In this document: positions 23,701-37,000 of the stretch, piece by piece
Layout of the letters: each line of letters starts with the position of its first letter
Position numbering within the stretch: the first letter of the stretch is position 1
DNA from: Paragordius varius
Lineage: Eukaryota; Animalia; Nematomorpha
DNA length: 64,000 nt
Direction: 5' to 3'
Assembly (NCBI GenBank): GCA_964247055.1
Contig: OZ176052.1
Location: 11,718,001 to 11,782,000, forward strand
Position numbers and translations under genes: made by a program
The notes under the pieces: generated by a model
Told to the model about the DNA's origin: nothing
Databases searched by the model: none
What the model saw: only the letters and a program-made list of their open reading frames with translations

Positions 23701-26700
23701 TCATTATTAGACTGAGAAGTGGTGTTATTAGGTCGAACAATATCAGGATGTAATGTATGCAACATGGTTAAATCTGTTAAAAATGTCCCCAGGTAGGGCA
23801 CAGTTCCCTGTATACAACCCAAATCTGTTTGGGACCTTTGATATCGGTTTCGACTTTTAGCTGTTAACAATTTTTTGCGTTGTTTTAACCGTAGTGGGCC
23901 ATTGGCCGACACGCCATTAAAGTGATTAGAAATGTAGGATTGTTGATTTGCCATAGTGCCATTTATGCAAGAAGAACTGGTTTCTACAAGCTTAGCCGTC
24001 CCTTCACGCTCTAGCAATTGACGTTGACTGGCTTGATTATTGTCATCGGAACAGAGGATAGATAAATCTTCAAATGTTGTTTTGGTTTCTCTTAATTTAA
24101 TAATCATGAACATATATTTATATTATATGGTCCTCAAAAACTATAAAGAGAGGTGTGGGTTTAGTATTCTAAATAAATTAAACGAAAAAAAAAATTTTAT
24201 GGAGTTTAGACGGCGGAATTTTATTCGCAAAACTCAAATATTATTTGATGACACATAATTTGTGATAATAAATCATAATTTATCAGAAATAAAAAAAATA
24301 TATGTTAGTAAAAGAGACTTTGAAAGAAGGGACCAAATGTTTTCAAGACGATAAATTGAATTAGATCTCAAGGCTGACACAACAGCTTTCATGGAGGAAA
24401 AATTCTTCATAAGCCTGAGTTCGCGTGCAATATCGATCCATTTCTTAAGCGTTTTCGTCATACTACTTTCAGATTTTGGTGCATCATCTCCTGTGTTTAA
24501 ATTTATATTTATGGCAAAAATATCAAAAATATGTAGGTTTATGTCGATAAATTTATAAAGTAGTTTTATTCATCAAAAACTAGAACAATCGGTGATTGTT
24601 AATCTTTTTCTAAATTTATATATTTGGTTCCTTAAATTATATCGACTATTCTATCCTACATAACTTTATATTACACAGAGCAATCAAATTATGATATATC
24701 AATGTCATTTTGTTTGTCAGTAAGAATTACTTTTAAAATTTAAAATAAGTATATCTACAAATAGTACTTAAATAACATCCTGAACTAAGAATAGAATCCA
24801 TGACCTTATACGTCACAAGGTTAAAAAAATCGACTGTAGCCATAACGGTTAAACAATCAATGTTTTCATAAGCATTTTCTAAGCCCGACTTAGGATTTAC
24901 AGCAGTGGGTGGTTTATCTTTATTGGACCAAAATATCCCCATACATTCGTAAGGTATTAATTTTCGGAATAAATTCTAAATGTAAAAATTAAATAAGTTA
25001 TATGGAAGTGAGTAAGATTGAATATACCTAATCTTTATGGATTACAATTTTTTATAAATAAAAAAATTCAAGATGATAAAAAAATGGACAAAATATATTT
25101 AAATGGTTTTGAAATAAAATATGTTAAGTACCGCATCCATGAAAGTCAATTGTTCTGCTATTAAATATTCGTCAAACGATTCGAAATCAAAGTATGAATT
25201 GTATAACATAGTGGAAACGGTTGGTTTGTAATACTTATCAATTTTCGCAAATAATGGTAGTCCTATAGATTCCAATTTAAAAATGTATTAACAAATATAT
25301 ATTATACCATGTACACTTCAAATTACTGTTGAACAATTCAAATTCACCCTCGAACAATTCAATTTCACCCTAAAATAAATTATGTGTTTTTTGAGATTAA
25401 AAATTACCTTAGTTTTATTTTTTTAAAAAATATTTTAAAATTATAATAAGACTGAAATAATAAACTAAGCCATAAAGATATATTTCGTATTAATAACGAG
25501 TTATATTAGCCCGAAATCACATAATTTATTTTTAGGGTGAATTTGAATTGTTCAAAGGTGAATTAGAATTGTTGTTATAATTTACAACAGAAAATCCGGT
25601 ATTAATATATATAGTCACCAATCTATAAAATTTTAATTTTAAAACAAATCATTGGTTTATTTTATAAAAAAAATAAAATTTTGCATAAACAATAAGTCAG
25701 AGTAAACGGATATGAGATCTTATATTTACATATTCATAAAACTGCTTACGGGGCCATTTTTTATGCACACAAAAATATGAATTATTAAAAAAAGCATTTA
25801 TACTTTCAAACGGTGTAAAAGAATTGTTTGCTATTTCCAAAAGCCTTATAGCTTTTGCCTTCAAGTCTGGTTCAAAATGAAGTTTTACAAATTCCCCAAA
25901 TTTGTAGGAAAAAAGTTCTGAACAGGAACCAACAAAGTCTTCAGGGTGTGCCTCAAGCCACGTTAAAAATATCATTTCGAATGATTTTTTCCTCATATGG
26001 CTGCATGGAGAATCAACTTTTTCGGCAAAATAACTATATTTGATAGTATTAATGATATCGTTTGATCATCATAAAATTCAAAATTTTAAGATATTTAAGT
26101 GATTTATTCGTAAAAGGTAATGGAAGAAATTAAAAATCTACCGAATATGGCATTTTATTGTGATGACAAAAAATTTCCCCAAAAAATATGATATCATTTA
26201 TTACAAATTTTCCTTTTAAAAATATAAATACCGTTTTGTTAACAAATCAAACAAATGTGAAGACGTTACAAAGGATCGAAAAGTATCTAGGAAGATTGAA
26301 ACATAAGTTTGATTAATCGTTCCGCACTCATCTGTTAATTCATCTATCAATTTATCAAGAGTTCCAGCCTAATAAATACATTAAAGATTTTTAAATTCAA
26401 TTTTGTAGATTTTTGTTACAGAAAGATGTGGTAATTTTGAACTTATGATTCAAATCTCAACTATCATAGTAGATATTTTATATATAGTAACCGGCAAAAT
26501 TATTGGTTACATGTGTCTTTGTCTGTTAAAGAATCATACTTGCGCATACAGCTTTAAATTTTTTTCTTATTAACAAATTAAAAGAATATAAAACCAATAA
26601 TATAGCTCTTTACTTAAGAGTAAAAGTAGAAATGCATGCTTAGAAAACTTGATTGGAAGATTGGAAGATTTGAAAAATGGTTAACATACAAACATATTTA

Positions 26701-27161
26701 CCTTTTTTATGCACAATTAACACATTAACCAATTCCTTTTTCCGGCAAATTAAAATTTAAAATTACTTTTATATATCGGATTTTAGTGTTTTCCCATTGC
26801 AATTTTGTCGATGCGGCGGATGTGTTATCGACTGAACCCCTAAATTTTGTTTCGTTTTTCACAGAATTATTAATTGTGTTGTTGAATGTGTTTGAGCTGC
26901 CTTGGGTCGGTAAAAGTGATATGGCCGAATAACGAATCTTTTTAAGGTAAACGGAATAAATGGCGTCTGGGTACACTTGATCATTCCAGTATCTCAATGC
27001 GTTCTAAAATTATTTAATTAAAGAAAAAAATTTAAAAACAATTATAAAACCTGGCACGTGTAACTTCCTTCAGGATAATTATTGATAAAAAAGTTGGAAT
27101 TTCTTTTCTTTTCATGCACATTAGCGTTTGAATCTGTTTCATAAGTTTTAGCAATCACCAT
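20790..27161 (-). CDS. RGL1: Ral guanine nucleotide exchange factor, RalGDS/RGL family (REM + CDC25 + C-terminal RA domain)
   Basis: AIYSVYLKKIRY; KIRYIK|AGTLDKLIDEL..YVSIFLDTFRSF (REM); FLTWLEAHPEDF; IAEQLTFMDA|NLFRKLIPYECMGIFWS; KWIDIARELRLMKNFSSMKAVVSALRSNSIYRLENIW; QGTVPYLGTFLTDLTML; LINFDKRRKEF; RA domain CCRAIKV...NIYKSIW|ITNSDKTSDVIRRALKK...LPADANVFYAM. Orthology within the RalGDS/RGL family is not resolved. Confidence 0.88.
25305..25580. mobile_element. Foldback MITE family C, copy in an RGL intron
   Basis: TACCATGTACACTTCAAATT...CAAATTCACCCT...CCCTAAAATAAATTATG mirrored by CATAATTTATTTTTAGGGTGAATTTGAATTG. Confidence 0.7.
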
Positions 27162-27675
27162 TTAGGCACGAATTAATTGCGTTAAAAAAATAATTTTCGA
27201 AATATTTCAAATATTTATACTATGATGATCAGAAAAAAACCATAAAAATATTTTTAACAAAATATACCAAACGCTATTTTCACTAGAAATATGTATAAAA
27301 AGGCAAAAAACAGTTAGTTCATTTGGAGTGTACGGATATATATATGAAATAAAAAAACGTGAAATACGAACGAAAATATGTATTTTTCGTAATTGTATAT
27401 TACCTAAAAAATTTTCTATATTAAAAAGTAAAAATTTAAGTACACCTAAAGTCTTTACTCATACCTGGGAAATTTAAGGAGAAAAATATGTATAAATGCT
27501 AAATCTCTTTGTTTTACAGAGATATCAAATTTAATATTTTACATATCAATTATATTTCATTTTATTATGCGTATGCAAAAACGTTATGCGTATACCACTT
27601 CCGCAAGATAAAAATAGTTTTTGATTAATTAATTATATTTTGCTTCAATAAATTTTTATGTATTAGATATATGTA

Positions 27676-28090
27676 TTGCTGGTCGACCAACTCTGTTTTG
27701 TTTGTTTGGCTTAAGGTTTGTTATATTTTTAATCCAATTATCGTTATCTAATCTTTGAATGTGACCGTAATAGCCAAGTCTACGGATTTGAATATATTTT
27801 GAGATTGGTAGGATTTGTTTATCATGAGAGATTGTTCGCTTAAATGTATTTATCATTCTTTGTTCCATATTATCCAGCATATTTTCCTGAGTTTTACTTA
27901 TTTGCCATGTTTCGCAAGCATAAGTTATAGTGGGTTAACGGGACAAAAACATTACCCAAGACCTACAGTCCAAAAACATAAAAGCCGGGGACTGGTTAAA
28001 CAAAAAATCCTTCAATGCAATGATCAAACACCTAAACCCCGTCACGACGGGATGCCAAGGGACCCCTTGACAACAGAGATCCATCCATCC
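27676..28090 (+). mobile_element. 5'-truncated, 5'-inverted RTE-clade LINE insertion (415 bp)
   Basis: Perfect 14-bp TSD ATTAGATATATGTA (27662-27675, 28091-28104). Minus segment 27676-27936 encodes PTITYACETW...IRRLGYYGHIQRL...RVGRPA. Plus segment 27937-28090 continues RDKNITQDLQSKNIKAGDWLNKKSFNAMIKHLNP...* and ends in an (ATCC)n tail. Confidence 0.85.
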
Positions 28091-28431
28091 ATTAGATATA
28101 TGTAATCAATTAAAAGATAAATGATTTATTTACTTTTTGCTTATGTGTTTTCACTATATATGGGCACAGATTTCAAAACTCATCAAATATTTTATATTTC
28201 ATTTATACGGTATTTTTTTACAAATATATTATTAGTAATAGTTATGTTGAAAAATTAAATTAAATAAATCATTTCCGGAGCGAAAACCTTGTTTAACTCG
28301 GACATGCCATGATTTTAATGGGTAGGGTAAAAATGCTAGCCATTTATTTAAAAAAATGAATTATGGACTATAGGATACTATAATTAATAGTGCCTACCAA
28401 ACGTGACAACAAAATGACTTGCTATCATTAA

Positions 28432-28867
28432 CACTCCATTACCTTTTGTAGTAATTTTATATCCCAGAGCGATTTAAATTTAAATATCTTAGTATTTAAG
28501 GGATTAAGCCGAATTTAAAAATATGCTTTCTTAAGCCTTTTAGGCGCATTATACAAAAAAAAAATTTTTAAAACTGATCTCAAACCTTTTAGCCATTATT
28601 TTTATCTATACATTTTTTTAAATCGCTAAACAGGGGAATAAATGTATATTAGTAAAAAATTTCGTTTCCCTCATGTTTTGGAGCTGTCCCAGTTTTATGC
28701 CCTAGAAATCACAAAACTGTAAAAAATATAAGCTTTTTATCAAACACACGAGAACAATTTTTGATAATTCAATTTTAACTAACTGTAGTTTATTTAGAAA
28801 ATTGAGTTTTATGATATAAAACTACCCCCAAAAAATAAGGACAAAATCGTGAAAAGGTAATGCAGTG
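28432..28867. mobile_element. TTAA-flanked piggyBac-like MITE, family B, copy 1
   Basis: TTAA|CACTCCATTACCTTT ... AAAGGTAATGCAGTG|TTGA; internal sequence shared with 34874 and 57521. Confidence 0.75.
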
Positions 28868-30879
28868 TTGAAAAATATTATTTATTATAAAAAAACTTAG
28901 TAAAGATCAAGAAGAACAAAAAATTTTGAAACTATCATGCTATAAAATAATTATTGGATAGAAATTAACTATGGAGAATAAAATTTTTAAATTTTAAACC
29001 TGATTAGAATCGGAGAGTGACCGAGAAGCGGGGGAATTATTTGTAAAATGTTTCTCAAAAAATTGTTTCATATCAATGAATTTACGGGATGAAGAATAGT
29101 AGAATTTTAGCAAAATCGTAAATTAAACATATGGAAATTAAGTTATTAGTATATTGTAAAAACAATATATTCGTTACACACATGAGATTCGATGCAGAGC
29201 ACAATCGAAAATTATTAAAAGAAAACAGATTTTTTTCTCAACAATTTTTACAAAATAAGCAAACATAACAAACTTTGAATCGATATTCAACATACAAAAC
29301 AGAACAAACAAAATTCATCGTTTTATAAAATAAAAATATGAATTGTACAAATTATGTATTTTTTGGTTTTCATGAATGGTTATTTACCTCAAGAAAAACG
29401 TAAGCGATCATTAACATATTCGCTTAAATATTATATATTTTAGAATAATTATAATATATTATCCTGTTTTGCTAAAATATTTTTAATTTTGGTTTAATTT
29501 TTAATATTTAGCGGTATTGATTATTATCATTAAATATTGTGGACGAAAAGGAAATCGTATCATTTAACTATGAACCTAGTCAACTCAATGAAAAAATATT
29601 TTTCTCACAATCATAGGAAATCAATTATAATTTATTTTTAGTTTAATAAAATATTTATTAAAAGCTCAATAAAAAAATGAATTAATTTTAATAGATATAA
29701 ATTATACTTCATTGTCATTGTTGGATCGTATATCATGGTTCGAAGATGCAGAGAAAGGTGTAAAAAAGTGTCGAGTCCACGTTTTTCCTTTGTCTTTTTC
29801 CATCAATTTAAAAAATTTATTGCACTACCAAATTAATTTTGCCATAAAGAAAATTTTTTATTGGTTTCTTTGTTTGAAATTTATAGTAAAATGCAAAAGA
29901 TATCTCTATCATATCATAAATACTGACTTGCGAACATATATCAGCGATAAACATACATAGTTTAATGAAGAAAATGGAACAATTTTGTCAAACATGGGGA
30001 AACACTTGTAGTTGAAGGTGATATTGTATATTAAAATAAGTAAAAGCACATGACTTTGATATCAAATAATAATTGGACATATATTTTGTAAAATAACCAG
30101 AAGTAATTTTAATTTATTGATTAATATAACCAAAAATTGTGTTTAAAAATTATGGTAGAAACATTCATTCATCATTATATTTATATATTGTTTCCAGAGA
30201 GCGACAAAATAAGCGTAATAGCAAACATTACATGGTATTGTAAAAATGGTATAAAAAACTCGACACACATATTTAATGACATATTTCTTACAATGTAAAA
30301 TGTATAAAAAAGACAAAGTGCTTGTAAGAAAAAAAGAAAAAATAAATGTTTTCTGATAACTTAGGTGAGTGTATAACAAAAAAATAATTCTTACATAAAC
30401 CGAGAATATGATTATTACGTTGTGATTTGAGGGATTATAATTAACAGCTTTGCTGCATTTACTTATTATTATACAGTAGTGTATGGCAGTAAAAAAAGTT
30501 TGTTCATAATTTAATATGTAAAATTAATGTGGAAAAGGGAAAAATGTTTTTTTTAACCACATGTTGATTTTTATCATACGCTACTGTGTAATATATGTGC
30601 ATTAGATAATATCATAATTTTGTGAGATTTTACATGCAATGTGTAATTTAATTATACATATTACATCATTAGGTGTAATTCAATTATACATTTATATCCA
30701 AGGTTTAACTTTATAACTTAACGGTAGGTGGTAAAATATTTATTTAACAATTTAAACGTGGATATAAAATATCTTTAAGCCCCCTTTTACATAATTATAC
30801 ATATAGTTATATAAATTAATATATTTAATTATATTTTGTATTTATATGCTTCAGGGTTAAATATCTCCTGCATCTAAAT

Positions 30880-31163
30880 ACGGGTCTCCAACATGCGGCC
30901 ATCCGGCTCTTTATGTGCGGCCCGCGAAAAAAATTGGAAATCCATAAGAGGCTAAAATATACTCAGAAGATTTTAATAAAAATGATATTTTTAAACAATT
31001 TTTTGAATAGGTCTATCCAATGGGTAAAAAATAGAAAAAAATATTGTATTTTGTATGCATTTTACAGTCTTATGTTTGAAATCTAATAAATTATTTATGA
31101 ATACCCGCTGGAGTTTTTTAAGGCAAAAATGCGGCAACAAAGCCAATTGTGTTGGACACCTTG
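30880..31163. mobile_element. hAT MITE
   Basis: Perfect 8-bp TSD ATCTAAAT; ends ACGGGTCTCCAACATGCGGCC / GTGTTGGACACCTTG; GCGGCCCGCG subterminal motif. Confidence 0.85.
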
Positions 31164-31369
31164 ATCTAAATGAATGACTTTGACCTAATGGTATCAAGTA
31201 ATGTAATGCACAATCGAAATAAAATGTTTAGATTTAGAGCCAAAACGAAGTAAACGCAAATAAAAACGCTTGGATTATTATTGACTATTATCATGGTTAA
31301 AATAGCTCCGTGTTAGTAAATCCTAAAAGCTGTTTAATTTGTATCATTGGCACTAATCCTTCACTTGAA

Positions 31370-31800
31370 AAAAGAGATATTCTTGTCCTCAAAAATTGTT
31401 TAAATTTTTCATGCAAAATAAAAAAATCAAAGCTATGCCCTACCGAATGGTTTGTGATTTCTCTGCAAGACACATTACATAGTTGAAGAACCCTATTTTT
31501 CCACCCTATCCGGCTGAACAGGGGTTACTTAAAAAAATAAAGTGGACGTATTTATAAAAGAAAAAACATCTAAATAATAAGGGAATAGACCTTTGTCAAT
31601 GTTCAAAATTTACAATGTATTTTTAAATCAAGAATTTTTGTTACATTTTTTTTGTTCTTAGCTATTTATATATTTTTGCAATATCTCCATGTTAAGCGCT
31701 CTAAAATTGTCATGAAATGTATTAATTTTTGTCTCATAGACGGGTTCAACATTAACAAAGATGGGATAAAGTATGTTAAAAATTGTCGCTACATTTAATA
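31370..31800 (+). pseudogene. Possible decayed LINE AP-endonuclease relic
   Basis: Scattered peptides RDILVLKNCL (cf. PDI..LTETWL), VDVFIKE (cf. GVA.FIK) and CLIDGFNIN (cf. .LGDFNIN) in the expected order; many stops and frameshifts. Confidence 0.3.
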
Positions 31801-32016
31801 TATAAATATTTTCTTAAAACAGATTTTCCCAAAAAGAGAATCCATAACTCATGCAAATATTACATCCGATCCTAAGATATTGCAAATGTAATAACTAAAA
31901 ACTACAAAGAATTACCAACTTATTATTGAAAATAATTTGTATGGTAATGCGTTTATAGCTAAACAATTAATTCAAAATTTTTGGAATTATTTTTTTAAAA
32001 ATCTATTTAACTTTAA

Positions 32017-32598
32017 AACTTGGATACAACACATTCATTTTAGTCCTTCGATTCAAATTGGTGTAGTTATATACCCCAGGCCTGTTTAAAATTAAATTCT
32101 TTTAAAAATATGGAAGGAATCGATACCATGGCAAAATCTTGCACTTGTATAACATTAATAAACAGAAATATATAAAAAATTTTGTTCAAAAATACTTGAT
32201 CATACTTATTTTAAGCCAAAACTGAAAGGTAAAAACTTAGTCAACGTGACATGCGTGCAAAAGTAAAATTTAAAAATAGTACAAAATAAAGAGCTTTTTT
32301 TATTTCTATCAATGTTAGATGTAATTTAAATAAAAAATTAGCTATAATTTTACTCTTAAAATTAAATGAAGACGATATTTTGCATAAATTTTGCAAAATA
32401 AAAATGGCGTCGAAGTAGTTTGACATGGAACTTTTTTTTCATAACAAAATTTTATGTAGATATTTTGGCATATTTATATAAGTTTTATTTGGATAGAAGC
32501 ATAAATTTAAATTGGGACCGCTTGCTTCAGTAGTTTTTTGTAAATCCTAATTCAAATTTAGTCTGGGGTATTTAGATACCCCAATTTAAATCGAAGTG
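32017..32598 (+). mobile_element. piggyBac-like MITE family A, copy 3
   Basis: TTAA at 32013-32016 and 32599-32602; collinear with copies 1 and 2. Confidence 0.8.
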
Positions 32599-34032
32599 TT
32601 AATAACTTTTTGAAAACAGGACTTCTATTTTTCTCGAAACTAATACCATATATACAGATATAATAAAATTTCGACCCCAAAATTAGGCACACATTAAAAA
32701 GAAGTGGTAATTATGATTAATATCTGCGATACCTGAAAAGGGAAATTATAATCTGTTAAGTTAATTAAATTGCCTACAAGCATTTAAAAATTCAACCTTT
32801 ACAAACCAAATATTTTAAATCTTATTTTCAAACTATTGTAAAATGCCACCCTTTGGTCATAAGTATGTGAAATTATATATATTTCTGACTCCTTTAATGA
32901 ATAAAAATTAATTACATTATGCTATGAAGTGATGGAACTAAAATAATATTTATTTTTGTTTTGTTTTAATAGATTAATTATCTAATGCTTCATTTTATCT
33001 GTTTCGACCAAGTTTAGCGACAGGTGACATGATAAAAATTTAGTTTTTTATGGCCTCCTAAAAATATCTCGGTTTAGTGAAAAATGCAACGGTTCATTAC
33101 ATATTAGATAAATGTAAAAATACATTTTAATCTTATAAAAAATGCGTTATTTCGATAAAATATACTAATAAATCATTATAAAAAGCTTTATTTTTTATTC
33201 TTTTACTCAACCAGTGAAAATAGATAGCCCCCATAAATCCAAATCAAACAACCAGCTAAAAATTTACTACCAAAATATCACACATAAATAACCTTTTTAA
33301 CCACAAATTCCTATTTCTAGCTATTTGGCCAATCAATAAAAAAGAGAAAATTAGCGGCCAAAAGATATACATAACGATTTGTTTGTAATTAATTTTTAGA
33401 TGGTTTTTATAATGAACCTTAGAAACTTTAGAAATCTTAGTTAGCCTATAATTTCAAAATTTTTGCCTAATTTTCGCGACATAATCTAAGATAATAAAAT
33501 TTTCATCGAATTTCCCTTTAATGATAAAAAACGTGACGCAATCAGAATTCATAAGATGAAATATTGCATAATACACCATACATTTAGCGATATTAAGCCT
33601 ATTTGACTGCAACATTTTTCTTAAATTAAATATAAAAGTTTTTTTCAGCGGCATCAAAAATTAAATTGTTAAATTTTGTATTCCGTTGTAAATTATTTTG
33701 AGAAAATAAAAATTAACCAATATAAATTAATATAATTCTGTAGTTCCAAACTTAATTGAAGCCAAATCCTTGCAAATGCTTAATATCATTGCAACAAAAT
33801 GTATTTTTTGGTTATTATTGGATTTATATATGATCAAATTAAAACAACTCATTAAGATTACAAGTTAAAGCCTTTTTGTATATAAAATAATTATTAAATA
33901 AACCAATTTATATATAATTTTGTGATAATGAATAATATATTTTTATAAAATTTAGCTTAAGTGTTTCAGCTTCATATACTAAGTTTTGTAATGACCATGT
34001 GTTTTTGTTAACATCACATTAAAGCCTGACTT

Positions 34033-37000
34033 ATGCAGGATTTTGGAGAAGAGGATTTGAACGATATAAGCGACACAGATTTGGAAAGTGAACTTCAAAA
34101 TTTACTGAGAGATGTTCCAAGTAAACTACTAATTATATTTAGTCGCAAACATTATGCAGAAAGACGATAATTTAAGTGATGAAGATCCCGATATTTTGGT
34201 ATTTTTATATGATTAATTTAAGAATGAACTAAATTTATTAGCAGCTTCGAATGTGCAATTGGAAAAACCCTTGATACCTATCGATTCCACCACTGATCTA
34301 AAAAAGATACTTGATGATCGATATAAGTTATACCAAGAAGCGTTACAAATTGCTGAATCTAACAATGATGCTTCTAAAGTCAAGCGAATTAACAGAGGAA
34401 TTACAAATATGTTATCGATGAAGGATAAAATGAATAATTTTGAAAATGGAAAAATCAGTTTACTTGGGTTTACCGCCGACGATCTTCCACCTTTAATTAG
34501 CAAGGGCAAAAGTTCAGGCAATTCTGTGATCAATAATATACCACACCAATCGTTTGCAGATGAAAGACCAACCAAAAATCTATTTGAAACTCAATCAGAA
34601 GTAAATTATTAATTGCAAATTTATATTGTTAAAAATCAATATAGTGCATGATGGTCATCAAAGTTTGGAAAATAATATAGTTAAAGTTAATTTTATCGGA
34701 CAAATAAGTGAAATTGCCACATTTACTTATTTATAATTGCAATTACTTTATTAACAAAAAGAATTTTTGCAATTGCCTCAACCAATTAATGTATGATTGT
34801 TTTGAATCAGAGGTCTTTAACATGCGGCCGTCCGTTCGGCCCGTAATAAACTATTTTTGTAAACCTTTGTAAACGCTTCATTACCTTTTGGGATATTTTA
34901 CTTCTCAGGGCCATTTGAAATTTGAATATCTTAAAAATTAAAAAACATCACTAAAATTCTCATCTCAAACTTTATTCCCGCCATTTTTTTTCTATAATTT
35001 TTTTTAATCGCTAATGCATCAGGCAAATCAATGTATTTTTTGGTTAAAAATGTAAATAATTAAATTTAAAAAGCTTTCAGGCTACATTTTACCAGCGAAA
35101 ACTTTATATATTTTAATTTTATAAGCCGCTTGTTTCAATAGTGTTTTGTAGCTGTCCCAATTTTAGGGTTTAGAAGTCACAAAATTGTAAAAATTTTATT
35201 TTAGTTAATACATGATAACAATGTTTGATGATTAAATTTTATAAAAATATCTTTCAAAACTGTAGTGTATTTATAAAATTATGTTCTGGGATGTAAAATT
35301 ACCCCAAATTGTAAAACTAGGACAAAAAAGAGAAAAGGTGATGAAGTGTTAAAATTGATGTTTATTAAAAAATAATTATAAATAGGCTTATCAATTAGCA
35401 CTAGAAAAAATGTGTAGATATAATAGTTATGTTTGAAATCTAAAATCTTAATTAATGGCTGTATATATTTATGCGGCTCACCGGAATCTTTAAGCAAATA
35501 AAATACGGCCTGTGACGCCATATGTGTTGGACACCCCTGTTTTAAAAATATCATGTTTCCCATTTTTAACTTACTTTGTAATCCTTTAATAAATTAATTT
35601 AAGAGTCAGTTTTGCAGTTTAACTAATTACAAATTAATTTAAATTTATTTGGTGCAAGTAACGTTTTAATTTATATTTAGTAAGTAATTTACTATTTAAT
35701 AATAAATTTTAGGATGTCATGAGACATGATGAGTATGCTATAAAAACACCTAATACCAAATCAAGCCCTAGTGCCACAAAACAATTATCTAGTCTGACAA
35801 CTTTGGCTCAAAATTTAAGTTTTTTCCCACACGACACCATGAATACAGTTGAATCTGATAAAGCTGTAGGTCCCGAAATTATACAAGGTTTTAATTAATG
35901 AATAAAAGATATATATATATATATAGTCATTTGTTATATAATTATGCGATAAAATATTTTGGTTTCATAGTTTTATGGCATAAGTTAGGGTTATATTTGA
36001 GCTAGAACCATTAAAAAAGTGCCACTGTTTTTAGATCTAATTAAATTAAAAAAGAGACGAAATTTAAAACCATTTGACCAAAAAACGGAGGATAAATCTT
36101 TTTTTTTGATATCATAAATAATGGGACCCAAATCTTTTCTCATTTAAAAGAACTAATGTAACCTAATCAAAGGTGAAAAAACGATTTCAAACGATTTGAT
36201 ATAAAATTTTATGGCCGAATTATTATTTTTATGATAGGAGATCTGATAAAACCGGAAAATACACTCGCAAGTGAAGATATCCCGAACCAACAAAGCAATT
36301 TAACTCCAAGTCCATTAAAGGGAAGTGTTGAAAGCGAGCCACATAATTTAACAAACAATAATAAACCTAGTCTTATTGATTTACCCGGCAGCAATCAACA
36401 AAACATTGTTTTTAATAATAATAAAACTCAAAATTCTCCTGTGAAAAATGAATTATCAGCCACAAATAGCCATGAAATACATGGTAAAAAGACACCACAG
36501 ACTTTGTTAGGAGAGCTTGAAATACGTGCCTCTGTATATTTAGAGGCTCAACAAAAGGCCACCGAAGCCTCTAAAAATAGGCGAATGGGTCGAATTCATA
36601 AACAATATATGGAAGCTATTGGGACACTTAAAACTTGGACAAGTCAAAACAATAATATCATTTCCTTTGCGAATAATGATGGCAGATTATCCGCTTTGAT
36701 TTCTACGTTAAAAGAATTACCTATGCCACCAAGTTTGTTTTCAGTTTCGAATTTTAGGTTTTTTGTTATGATTTGTCGAATAATTTTTTTGAATGTAATT
36801 ATTTTATTTTTCGTATTAATTATGAATATTAATAGAATTATTTTTTTCCCTAGATTTACCAGCCCTTACGATCGATAGTTATTTCATCTTAACTCAAACA
36901 GATTCCGGAGGTAGTAATGTTGAAAAATATAATTGTTACTTCCAAATTTTCATTTGAAAAATAAATATATTATTGTAATTAATCAATATCAAATTTACTA

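Noticed and set aside
27937-28090. GC-rich hairpin segment (CCCGTCACGACGGG) as an HDV-like or hammerhead ribozyme in an RTE 5' UTR
   Set aside because: No P1/P1.1/P3 pairing could be built. The segment translates on the + strand as the RTE ORF C-terminus followed by an (ATCC)n tail, so it is the element's 3' end.
29712-29960. 82-aa ORF as a gene or transposase remnant
   Set aside because: No recognisable motif and no consistent splice path to neighbouring sequence.
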